From: a virus
Taxonomy: Duplodnaviria > Caudoviricetes
Direction: 5' to 3' (one strand)
IMG/VR virus record: IMGVR_UViG_3300021368_000002
DNA: 64,000 bases
The notes beneath the pieces were generated by a model, which made no database searches, had not been told where the DNA came from, and saw nothing but the letters and a program-made list of their open reading frames with translations. Made by a program: the position numbers and the translations under genes. This document shows, in pieces, positions 55,544-64,000 of the stretch. Each line of letters begins with the position of its first letter. The stretch's first letter is position 1.

Positions 55544-56776
55544 TTATCTACTTAGTGCATTACTTGCTAATCTTATAGATTTTGGATTATTATTTCTAAT
55601 ATTTGTAAAAAATTCTTCTATATAATAATCTTGGGTACTCTGCGGCAATGATCTAAAATTATTGCCGTTAGTTGTCAACATAAAATGTTGCTCTACTATA
55701 TTATATTTTAATGTGTTGTTTGTTTGCAAAGTGTTTAAAATGTAGTTAGGATCAAGTTTTCTTTCCTCTGATCCTTTTTGAACTGCATTAGTTAAGTTTT
55801 TTTCATTTTTTGGATTTGCAAAAAACACCCCGTTTATTCCTACTTGGTTCTTTGAGTCTTCTTCGCTAAATGTAAGTTCTAAACCATTTGGACGTAAACC
55901 TTCTAGGGATTTATCTTTTGTATTTTGATATGCATCTATTGTTGCTTGATTTATTTGTGCATAATTAGGTTCATGTTTTGTATAAAATGTGTTATCAAAT
56001 ACTTCATCTAAATTATTAACAGTAGATCCTGATTGGTTAGGACTTTCGCTATTTAATCCTACAAAACTTTTTTCTTGATCATAATGCTCAGGCGATGCAA
56101 ATCCTTTTGGTGATTCTAATTCCTCAATTTTGCCTGTGTCATATATAACACTTTCGTATTGTATTTGCATACTATTTTCTAATATTTCAGCACTGCCATA
56201 TGCGTCTAAATTATCATGTTGCCAGGAAGTAATTTTTGGTAATATTAATTTAGCAGTATGAAACGTATGCCTACTAAGAGCAGTTATTTCTATATTATAG
56301 AAGAAAGGTAAATCACTTCCGTTATCAAGACCATAACGCTGACTTTCTCCCATTGGCTGGTATGTGCTATTAACTAGGTAAGGTGCTTGCGTGTCTGCAT
56401 AATAATAATCGTAATATGCTTGCCAAAGTCTTGAACTTACGCCTTCATTATCATCATGAAATCTCACTAGAACAGGAGAATAATCTAATCTTGTTTGTAC
56501 AACTTTTTTTCTATTGTATTGTTGTAGCGTTGTTGTTTCTATATCAAATTTTGGCAAATCAACATATTTTACAAGAAGTCCGATCTCGTTGCCGTGTTTC
56601 TCAACAAAACCTCCAGCGACTTGACTGTTTATTTGAAATGCAACATGATAGAGGAATTTGTTTTTTGGTGCTAATCTATAAAAGTTTTGCACAAAGGTAT
56701 GCGAGGCGTGCCAATAGTCTGCCTGTGAAACATTACCTTTTTGGTTAGTATTGCCGTATTTTACTGTCTTTGCCAT
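55544..56776 (-). CDS. tail-tube-like or baseplate initiator protein (gp54/gp48-like)
   Basis: VDLPKF..QYNRK..PV.VRFHDD tube-fold pattern; adjacent to gp19. Confidence 0.65.
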   Translation of the reverse strand: MAKTVKYGNTNQKGNVSQADYWHASHTFVQNFYRLAPKNKFLYHVAFQINSQVAGGFVEKHGNEIGLLVKYVDLPKFDIETTTLQQYNRKKVVQTRLDYSPVLVRFHDDNEGVSSRLWQAYYDYYYADTQAPYLVNSTYQPMGESQRYGLDNGSDLPFFYNIEITALSRHTFHTAKLILPKITSWQHDNLDAYGSAEILENSMQIQYESVIYDTGKIEELESPKGFASPEHYDQEKSFVGLNSESPNQSGSTVNNLDEVFDNTFYTKHEPNYAQINQATIDAYQNTKDKSLEGLRPNGLELTFSEEDSKNQVGINGVFFANPKNEKNLTNAVQKGSEERKLDPNYILNTLQTNNTLKYNIVEQHFMLTTNGNNFRSLPQSTQDYYIEEFFTNIRNNNPKSIRLASNALSR

Positions 56777-56814
56777 ACTAATATTTATCTGTTTTTTTAA
56801 CTACGTATAAAATA

Positions 56815-56838
56815 AAAAAGGGACCTTATGGCCCCTTC
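56815..56838 (-). terminator. intrinsic terminator after tail tube
   Basis: GGGG..CCCC plus T run on reverse strand. Confidence 0.7.
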
Positions 56839-56863
56839 TCTATATTAGTCAATTACGGTGCTA

Positions 56864-57481
56864 TTAACCTGTTGATAAAGAGCCGCCACCAGTTGGAACA
56901 GATTCAGCACTAATGCCTCCACCAACTGTTTGCACTGCATTATCATAACGGATTGCAAGTGTAACCTGCACTGGGTCGTTTGTTGCATATGCTAATGTAT
57001 TATAGTTAGCATTTTGTATGAAACAACCGTATAGCTCAAATGTATCTAAAACGCCTACATCTGTGTTTCCGTTGCCCCCGTCTAATATTTCTATTTTTGT
57101 TGTAAACTTGTAATCAATACCTGATGGTGCGCTTGCTTGCTCAAAGAAATCGTATTGTTTCTGAAGCTGTTCACCAACAAGTTTTTGAACGTTATTGTTT
57201 ACATCTTCACGTAAGTTAAGTGTAACTGCTTCCCAGGCAGGTTTTCCTGCTAGGTAAACACGTGAATTGTAAACAGGTAGTTCAATTTCTTCAAAGTTGA
57301 TTACTGGACGAGTTACATCTACTACTTGCTTTGTTAATTCAGTAGTTGCAGTGCCTAGTCCGAAGTTTGTCATTGTGACTCTAAAACGATACTGAAGTTT
57401 TGGCATTAACAAACCTTGTGTCTGATTGCCTCCTCCACCGTCTAGTGGCACAGTAATTTTTGATAGTGTTGAAATTGCCAT
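56864..57481 (-). CDS. gp19: tail tube protein
   Basis: QYRFRV, RP.INFEEI, YLAGK..WE..TL; downstream of sheath. Confidence 0.9.
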   Translation of the reverse strand: MAISTLSKITVPLDGGGGNQTQGLLMPKLQYRFRVTMTNFGLGTATTELTKQVVDVTRPVINFEEIELPVYNSRVYLAGKPAWEAVTLNLREDVNNNVQKLVGEQLQKQYDFFEQASAPSGIDYKFTTKIEILDGGNGNTDVGVLDTFELYGCFIQNANYNTLAYATNDPVQVTLAIRYDNAVQTVGGGISAESVPTGGGSLSTG

Positions 57482-57514
57482 ATTCTACTCCTGTACGCAA
57501 GTATTTATCAATTA

Positions 57515-57540
57515 ATGAGCCCTATATTTCAAGGGCTCAT
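57515..57540 (-). terminator. hairpin after tail sheath
   Basis: ATGAGCCCT-N8-AGGGCTCAT. Confidence 0.65.
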
Positions 57541-57548
57541 TATGTTAT

Positions 57549-60500
57549 TTAAAGACCTGCAATCTCTCCTGTATTTTTCAAGCGTAGCGGAATGTAAATA
57601 AATTCAACTGCCTTGATTGGTTCAATTGCTATATCTAAGTATAGTTCGTTTCTGTCTATTCTTGCAGGTGTGTTGTTTGTTTCATCACACACAACTAAGA
57701 AGTCGTTTAACGCTCTAAGTCCAACTAGTTCAAGTAGTAAACTTTCTGCTGCTGTCTTAATGTCGTCGCGTGTTACCTTATCATTTGGTTCAAAAATGTA
57801 AGGCTTAGCAAGTTTATTAAGCTGGCTGCGTAAGTATACAACGAGTCTTGATACGTTGATTCTGTCTAGTGCGCTTGCATTTCTTGCACGAGTCTTTTGA
57901 CCGAAGTTAACAAGTCCTGCACCAGTAATAAATGTAATTGGGTTTACATTATTGCTGTACAGTGTATCACGCTGTCCTTCGTTAAGTGCAACTGCAACAA
58001 ATTCACCTTCGCTATTTACATAGCCTGTTGATGTTGCATTTGAAATACCACCACGTCTTGTACCTGCTGGTGCAAACCATGGGAACGATACTTGATCACT
58101 TAGTGCCATTGTTCTTAGCATCATATGCGAAGCTGGAACAACAATGTTGTTTCCAAAGTTATCGCTGCTAAATCCGCTTGGATAAAACACACCTAAGTAT
58201 TCATCACTACTTACAAGTCCACGATCATTATCTTCAACTGCTGTGTTAACATTGGTTGCCCAGTTATTCAGTGAAGTTGCATCTGGAGTAAGTCTCATTG
58301 GCGAATCACCTATGATAAATGCACTTAGTCCTCTATCATAGTTTAGTGTAATCATTTCACCAATTAGTTCTGGATAACCAGGTGTTGCCATGATGTTAAA
58401 CAATCTTGCTTCGTCATCACGTATTTCGTCGTTGTTGTTAACAACTGCTTGTAGTCGTTGTACAACAACTTTACGCTGTGCCATACGTCCAAAGCTACCT
58501 GCACCTGTTGCTTGGTTAGCTGACTCAGTGACCCAACGATGTGGATAGTAAGAAGCCATGCTTGGATCGCCTGCTTGTCTTTTGTTTTCAGCTGTTGTAT
58601 CAATATAGTTACGAACAAACTTCTTAACATTAAATCCACTTCTACGTGTGTTCCATAGCAGCATTCCTTTTGGATAAAGTGCTGGATCTGGAGCATCTGG
58701 ATCAAGGTAATCGCTAACTGCTAAGTCTGCAATAGTTGCCTCGTCACTGTTAGCACCAGCATCGCTCCAACGTGCATCGGCGTAAAGTACACCATTTTCT
58801 GTTGTTTGATCTGTGCTATCAAGTAGTACCCAACCTGTTGGAGTTGGCATTGTTGAGTCATATCTATAAACTCTTGGGAAGTTTTCTAAATCTCCTGTAT
58901 CAATCCAAATATCTCCATCAACAAGTGCGCTTGTTCCATCGCTTTGCTTTGTTGGTGTGCTTGCACTTACGATTGGGTCATCAACTCCTGTAAGTCCTGA
59001 ACCTGTATGCTTACGTCCTACCCATGTAGAACCATTGTGTACAAGCATATCAACTTCATCAACAATTGAGTTGTACCATAATGTTCCGTCTGCTGTTAAT
59101 GCAGTTGGAGCATCATCGCTTGCTGTATAAGTCATTACTTTCCAGTTAGAAGCAATAAAGTATACTGTTGAATCTTCAGCCATGTAATCGTATAAGTTTG
59201 TTGTTGTTCCTGGAACAAAACCAGCTGCTGCTAATGCACCATCGTGGTCAACAAATCTAATTTCACCGCCTGTTGCGTGACTTATTACAACTCTGTTTAG
59301 TGCATCAACACTTGCAGTAACATGATTTAAACCAGCAGCGTTAATAGCATTTGCCATATCTTCTGCATCGTTTGCTGTTCCGTTGTAAGCAACAGTTATC
59401 GTAGTAGCTGCACTCATTGCACGGTTACCTTTAACGCTTTCTATAATATCAAATCTAGCTGTAGCGTTTGGAATAGTACTAGTTGTAATTTTGTCTGATG
59501 TTACAACAGTAGCACCTGCAACTTGACGTCTAAAGATTTTAAAGTTTGCTTCTTTTTGACTTACTTCACCTGTGTTAGTTTGAATGTAAACTGTACCTAC
59601 TGTTAAGTTTGCACCGCCACCTGATTTATCAAGGTTAAAAATAGCATCTGCATTATCTTCGTACAGTGGAGCATTTACATCTGCCCAAAGTTTTGTAGTT
59701 GCATTGTACTGCTTTACTGCCCACTTAGAACCACTATTTGGTTCAGTTGTTTTAATCCAAATAGAACCTGTTGGACGTGGAGTAGTGTCGTTTGTTTTCC
59801 ATTCTGGAACACTTGTATGAGCTGCAATAGCAACTGCTGGTGCTGCGTAAGTTCCTGCTGTAATTCCTAGGTCTGTTTCTAGTCCTGGGGTGCCGCCGCC
59901 GTTGCCAATTACAATACTAACCCCGTTTGAAAATAGTGATAGTACTCCGCCAACTGATTGTGCTGTTACTCCAGTTACTAGTACACCAATGTCGTTTGCT
60001 AATGAAGCTGCATCTGTGCCTGAAGCTGTAATTGTAACACCGTTGATTGTCATTGTTTTACCAGCTGTATGTGTTGAGCTTGTTGCAGTTACAGTTGCAT
60101 GGCTATTTTGCCAGTCATCTGTTCCTACTTCAACCCATGTACCAGCTGAATTTTTATACCATAGTTTGTTTAGTGTGCTTACAGCAACTACTGCGTAGTC
60201 GCCAACTGCGCCAACTGAACCTTTTGGTGCGCCCGGTGCTGTTGATGTTCCTGTAACTTTAGAAACTTCTGTAATTACTATAGGTGTTTTTACTGAAAAA
60301 GTTTGTCCGCCAGTTGTTGTTCTAGCTGCTCCATTCCATTCAAATACACCAAATTTTGTATTTTTTGTATCAAACCAATATGTTCCATCTGCAGGAGCAG
60401 CGCCTGGAGCATTTGCTGATGCTTTTAATTGATTTAAATCAATGTCTGCACGTACAACGTATGCTCTATTTGCAACGCCTAAGAATGAATATGCAGCTTG

Positions 60501-60782
60501 CAAACCGTATTCATTAAGCTCTCCTCCGTGGATTGGATTGTTGCCTGAATCTGTATAAAATGTCGGGTCTCCAAAGGTATCTGCAAGATCACGCTGGCTA
60601 GTAATTAGGTATGGTTTGCCAGCATTAGCTTTAGTTGTACCTTGGGCAATACCACTGCCTGAAGCATTGGTTTTATCTTGTGACGATGTCACAAAGATCA
60701 TTGGTACGGTGCCTGGTTCTGCTGGTGTATAGAACGATTCGTCTATTACCTTAACCTCTACACCTGGTGATGTTAATGCCAT
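57549..60782 (-). CDS. gp18: tail sheath protein with large insertions (1077 aa)
   Basis: SPGVEVKVID, WFAPAG..RG, GQKT, ALDRINVSRL, FEPND, FLVVCDETNNTP, EFIYI. Confidence 0.96.
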   Translation of the reverse strand: MALTSPGVEVKVIDESFYTPAEPGTVPMIFVTSSQDKTNASGSGIAQGTTKANAGKPYLITSQRDLADTFGDPTFYTDSGNNPIHGGELNEYGLQAAYSFLGVANRAYVVRADIDLNQLKASANAPGAAPADGTYWFDTKNTKFGVFEWNGAARTTTGGQTFSVKTPIVITEVSKVTGTSTAPGAPKGSVGAVGDYAVVAVSTLNKLWYKNSAGTWVEVGTDDWQNSHATVTATSSTHTAGKTMTINGVTITASGTDAASLANDIGVLVTGVTAQSVGGVLSLFSNGVSIVIGNGGGTPGLETDLGITAGTYAAPAVAIAAHTSVPEWKTNDTTPRPTGSIWIKTTEPNSGSKWAVKQYNATTKLWADVNAPLYEDNADAIFNLDKSGGGANLTVGTVYIQTNTGEVSQKEANFKIFRRQVAGATVVTSDKITTSTIPNATARFDIIESVKGNRAMSAATTITVAYNGTANDAEDMANAINAAGLNHVTASVDALNRVVISHATGGEIRFVDHDGALAAAGFVPGTTTNLYDYMAEDSTVYFIASNWKVMTYTASDDAPTALTADGTLWYNSIVDEVDMLVHNGSTWVGRKHTGSGLTGVDDPIVSASTPTKQSDGTSALVDGDIWIDTGDLENFPRVYRYDSTMPTPTGWVLLDSTDQTTENGVLYADARWSDAGANSDEATIADLAVSDYLDPDAPDPALYPKGMLLWNTRRSGFNVKKFVRNYIDTTAENKRQAGDPSMASYYPHRWVTESANQATGAGSFGRMAQRKVVVQRLQAVVNNNDEIRDDEARLFNIMATPGYPELIGEMITLNYDRGLSAFIIGDSPMRLTPDATSLNNWATNVNTAVEDNDRGLVSSDEYLGVFYPSGFSSDNFGNNIVVPASHMMLRTMALSDQVSFPWFAPAGTRRGGISNATSTGYVNSEGEFVAVALNEGQRDTLYSNNVNPITFITGAGLVNFGQKTRARNASALDRINVSRLVVYLRSQLNKLAKPYIFEPNDKVTRDDIKTAAESLLLELVGLRALNDFLVVCDETNNTPARIDRNELYLDIAIEPIKAVEFIYIPLRLKNTGEIAGL

Positions 60783-60892
60783 TGCGTTTTCTCCTTGAAA
60801 GTAAACTGTTTATGCTACTGTATTTAGCATTATGAAACGAAAACACTGTTGTTTACCCCATTAAAAAGGGGCACAAAAGGTGTAAATATAGT

Positions 60893-61231
60893 ATGAGACC
60901 TTTATGTATATGCGGAATGCGCCCTGCTGCTGTTAATTATAAAAAGGGCAAGAAAACCTACTATAGAAAAAAGTGTGAAATTTGTAATAAACACGGCGGA
61001 TTTGGACACGGCATACCAAAATGGAAAATGAAAGGTTATGAGAAAAAAGATACTTGTGAAAAGTGTGGTTTTAAATCTAAGCATCAAGAACAATTTAATG
61101 TTTTCCATATAGATGGAAATTTAGATAATTGTAGATATAATAATCTAAAAACAATATGTGCCAACTGTCAAAGAATTTTACAAAAAGAAGGCAGTAAGTG
61201 GAAACAAGGAGATCTTATAGCAGATTTTTAG
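60893..61231 (+). CDS. HNH/zinc-finger protein
   Basis: CxC, CxxC, CEKC..HIDGN..N...NL..ICANC. Confidence 0.8.
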   Translation: MRPLCICGMRPAAVNYKKGKKTYYRKKCEICNKHGGFGHGIPKWKMKGYEKKDTCEKCGFKSKHQEQFNVFHIDGNLDNCRYNNLKTICANCQRILQKEGSKWKQGDLIADF

Positions 61232-61232
61232 G

Positions 61233-61261
61233 TTGACTTTTTGTTTGTCATATAGTATAAT
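61233..61261 (+). promoter_or_regulatory. sigma70-like promoter
   Basis: TTGACT-N17-TATAAT. Confidence 0.75.
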
Positions 61262-61285
61262 TTAACTTATTATTTAGGAGCAATT

Positions 61286-61567
61286 ATGTCTAACAAAATC
61301 GACTACAAATTTGACGAAAAAAAGTACATTGAAGAATTTCAAGCATATATCGATAAAACATACAACGGCCATTATAGTACAAATAAATTTCAGTCAACTG
61401 AAGTAATTATTGACAGAGGACACGGAACTGGGTTCTGTATGGGCAATGTTGACAAGTATTCAAACCGTTATGGTAAAAAAGGTACAGCAGATGATGCTCG
61501 TAAAGATCTAATGAAAATTTTACACTATGCACTAATTCAATTATACGTACACGATAACGATCTTTAG
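61286..61567 (+). CDS. DUF3310-like protein
   Basis: HY..FQ..GFCMGNV.KY..RYGKKG..DL.KILHY. Confidence 0.8.
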   Translation: MSNKIDYKFDEKKYIEEFQAYIDKTYNGHYSTNKFQSTEVIIDRGHGTGFCMGNVDKYSNRYGKKGTADDARKDLMKILHYALIQLYVHDNDL

Positions 61568-62322
61568 CCGATTAAAAATCCGTAGCCTGTACCGCCTGGC
61601 ACAGCTTGGCTAACTTCTTGCTCTAGTTTTTCCATTTCTTGCTGTGCTTCTGCTTTTAATGCATCACCGTTAAGAGTAGAGCCGCCTTGTGGGCCAGCAA
61701 TAGTAGCAAACTTTGAACGTGCTTCACCTAGCATATATTTACAACCAGCAAGTGTATAGTCTTTGATCCACTGTTTTGCCAAATAATCATCTAATAATTG
61801 TTCGTCTGGACGATAGTTGTAAACATATAAAAGTAATGTTTCTTCTGCTCTAGGTCTTTGTAGTAAAGTTAGCTGCTTAGTTGTACTATTCCATTTAAAT
61901 TCAATAAAAGAACCAAACATACGTCCTACAAGTTCCTGATATTGTGAGAACAAGTCATATGTAGCAAGTCCTCCCATATTCGAACTAGCTAACAAGTATG
62001 TATTTGTGTATGCTAAATTAAATGGTTCAAAGATAGTACCGCCATCGCCGCCACCTGTACGTGATCCTACACTTCTACGGAATAATTTTCTAACTTCCAT
62101 AACTTCATTAGGCAATGTATAAGTATTTTGATCAACAATAGTAGGCATAAACATATATGATTCTTCAACGGAGTTGTCACTGCGTTGTCTAAAACGTGTT
62201 AATGCTTTTGTAAGTGCAGTTTCATAATGTACAGGGTCTAATTCTACATCTATCATACCGCCGCCTAGAAAGGCATTTACATAATCAAATATTTCTTGCT
62301 TTTTTGTTGCTAAATTTGCCAT
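61564..62322 (-). CDS. gp13: neck protein (gp13-like)
   Basis: LGGGMIDVEL, W.K.Y.LA..K..LGE.R.KF, G.TLNG; start ATG 62322. Confidence 0.88.
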   Translation of the reverse strand: MANLATKKQEIFDYVNAFLGGGMIDVELDPVHYETALTKALTRFRQRSDNSVEESYMFMPTIVDQNTYTLPNEVMEVRKLFRRSVGSRTGGGDGGTIFEPFNLAYTNTYLLASSNMGGLATYDLFSQYQELVGRMFGSFIEFKWNSTTKQLTLLQRPRAEETLLLYVYNYRPDEQLLDDYLAKQWIKDYTLAGCKYMLGEARSKFATIAGPQGGSTLNGDALKAEAQQEMEKLEQEVSQAVPGGTGYGFLIG

Positions 62323-62339
62323 ACAAGTTCTCCACATAG

Positions 62340-62360
62340 TATTTATCGTAACGATAAATA
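62340..62360. promoter_or_regulatory. palindromic divergent late promoter pair
   Basis: TATTTATCG-TAA-CGATAAATA. Confidence 0.75.
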
Positions 62361-62365
62361 TACAT

Positions 62366-63514
62366 ATGCCGAGACTTAGTTTATATAGACCAGAAAAAGG
62401 CAAGGATTATAGCTTCCTTGACAGACAAATTTCAGAAATGTTTTCTGTTGGGGGTACAGACGTACATTTACACAAATATTTAGGTCCTGTAAATACAGAA
62501 GAAAGTGCTAGTACAGCAGATAGGCCCCAATACGACAGTGTAAAAGAAACCAACATACAAGACCTCCTGTTTATGGAAAACAGAGACAGGAAATACGATC
62601 CTGATGTATACACAATAAGAGGCATATACAATGTAGCAGATATTGATTTTAATTTAAGCCAGTTTGGTTTGTTTATGAGTAATGATACATTGTTTATGAC
62701 AGTCCATATAAATGATAGTGTTAAAAGTATTGGTAGAAAAATTATGAGCGGAGATGTTATAGAACTTCCGCATCTAAAAGATGAATATGCTTTAAATGAT
62801 TACGAAGTTTCATTAAAAAGATTTTATGTAATAGACGAAATAAGTCGTGCTGCTGAAGGTTTTTCTCAAACTTGGTATCCGCACTTATATAGACTTAAAC
62901 TAAAAAGCATATACGACGGGCAAGAATTTAAAGATATACTCGACTTGCCAGCTAGTGAAGATAGTGATTTAACTTTGCGTAATGTCCTGTCTACATTTGA
63001 AAAAGAAATGCAAGTAAATGAAGCTGTGGTACAACAAGCCGAAGCAGATAGTCCACTTAGTGGATATGAAACTAGCCATTTATACACTAAACGTGTTGCA
63101 GAAGATGGTACAAATATTATTGAACAAAGTTTTCCAGAAGAAGTTCCTGAAACTGTTTTTGAGCGTATCACAGAAGAAGGCATCAAAGATGATTACGATG
63201 GATACTTAGTTGGCGATGGGTTAGCACCAAATGGCGAATCTTTCGGCTTTGGTATTAACTTTCCATTAGGTGCAGATAGCGGAGATTATTTTTTGAGAAC
63301 AGATTTTTTACCTAATAAATTGTTTAGGTACAATGGATCAAAATGGGTTAGACAAGAAGATAGTGTAAGAATGACTCTGTCTAATACTACAACAAGACAG
63401 ACACAAAAAACTTCGTTTATTAACAATACAAGTACTAGTACAATTAACGGTAGTGAAGTTAAAGAAAGACAAAGTTTAAGTAAGGCTCTAAAAGCTAAGG
63501 CGGATAATAGCTAA
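62366..63514 (+). CDS. neck protein (gp14-like)
   Basis: LSQFGL..DTLF.T, GDVIELP, WYPHLY; between gp13 and gp15 homologues. Confidence 0.75.
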   Translation: MPRLSLYRPEKGKDYSFLDRQISEMFSVGGTDVHLHKYLGPVNTEESASTADRPQYDSVKETNIQDLLFMENRDRKYDPDVYTIRGIYNVADIDFNLSQFGLFMSNDTLFMTVHINDSVKSIGRKIMSGDVIELPHLKDEYALNDYEVSLKRFYVIDEISRAAEGFSQTWYPHLYRLKLKSIYDGQEFKDILDLPASEDSDLTLRNVLSTFEKEMQVNEAVVQQAEADSPLSGYETSHLYTKRVAEDGTNIIEQSFPEEVPETVFERITEEGIKDDYDGYLVGDGLAPNGESFGFGINFPLGADSGDYFLRTDFLPNKLFRYNGSKWVRQEDSVRMTLSNTTTRQTQKTSFINNTSTSTINGSEVKERQSLSKALKAKADNS

Positions 63515-64000
63515 TGCAACACTTTTATGACGGACAAATTAGAAGATATATTACTCAAATTATAAGATTAATGAGTAATTTTCAATATCAAGATAATTCT
63601 GGCAATTTTACTGGTATTCCTGTGATGTACGGTGACTTAACAAGGCAAGTGGCAAGTATTATACGTGATAACTCTGAAAACAAAATACCGTCAGCACCTC
63701 GTATGGCCGTTTATGTAACAACATTAGAAATGGATAGATCTAGAACGAGTGATGCTAGTTATGTTAGTAAGCTAAATGTTAGAGAAAGATCATACAATAC
63801 AGCAACAGGAGAATATGGTTCAGAGGCAGGTCCGGCCTACACTGTAGAACGTATTATGCCTGTGCCTTATATATTAGGAGTCAATGTAGATGTTTGGTCT
63901 ACAAGCACTGATCAAAAATTACAAATATTAGAACAATTACTATGCCTATTTAATCCTAGCTTAGAAATACAAACAACAGATAATTATGTAGATTGGACAA
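63514..64000 (+). CDS. tail sheath stabilizer/completion protein (gp15-like), runs off window
   Basis: read by eye: MQHFYDGQIRRYITQIIRLMSNF..IPVMYG..PRM..PVPY..QILEQ.L.LFNP. Confidence 0.8.
   Translation, partial: MQHFYDGQIRRYITQIIRLMSNFQYQDNSGNFTGIPVMYGDLTRQVASIIRDNSENKIPSAPRMAVYVTTLEMDRSRTSDASYVSKLNVRERSYNTATGEYGSEAGPAYTVERIMPVPYILGVNVDVWSTSTDQKLQILEQLLCLFNPSLEIQTTDNYVDWT

Overview
64 kb of a large T4-like (myovirus-type) dsDNA phage genome. An alphaproteobacterial host, probably marine Rhodobacterales-like, is inferred from the Shemin-pathway ALA synthase and pseudoazurin. Layout: (1) 1-7.4 kb, auxiliary metabolic and accessory genes (pseudoazurin, DoxX, hemA, YbaN, HNH, YqgE/AlgH). (2) 7.4-23.2 kb, a co-oriented early region of small ORFs driven by 24 near-consensus sigma70 promoters, with a DenA-like GIY-YIG nuclease, an NlaIII/IceA-like HNH nuclease, an AAA ATPase and 3 tRNAs. 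(3) 24-27 kb, two virion fibre-like genes. (4) 27-48 kb, replication and recombination genes (helicase, primase, mini-DnaE, clamp-loader subunit, UvsW/X/Y, SSB) interleaved with a Kdo/glycosyltransferase/methyltransferase cluster and a half-length carbamoyltransferase. (5) 48-64 kb, terminase, head completion, tail tube, sheath and neck genes under TAAATA late promoters. The most striking signal is a 3 kb island (16447-19453). There the + strand has almost no TC or CC dinucleotides, the two genes that do contain TC/CC instead lack GA/GG, promoters are embedded in hairpins, and the left edge carries IHF-like sites and a divergent structured transcript. All assignments come from motif recognition by eye; no database searches were run.
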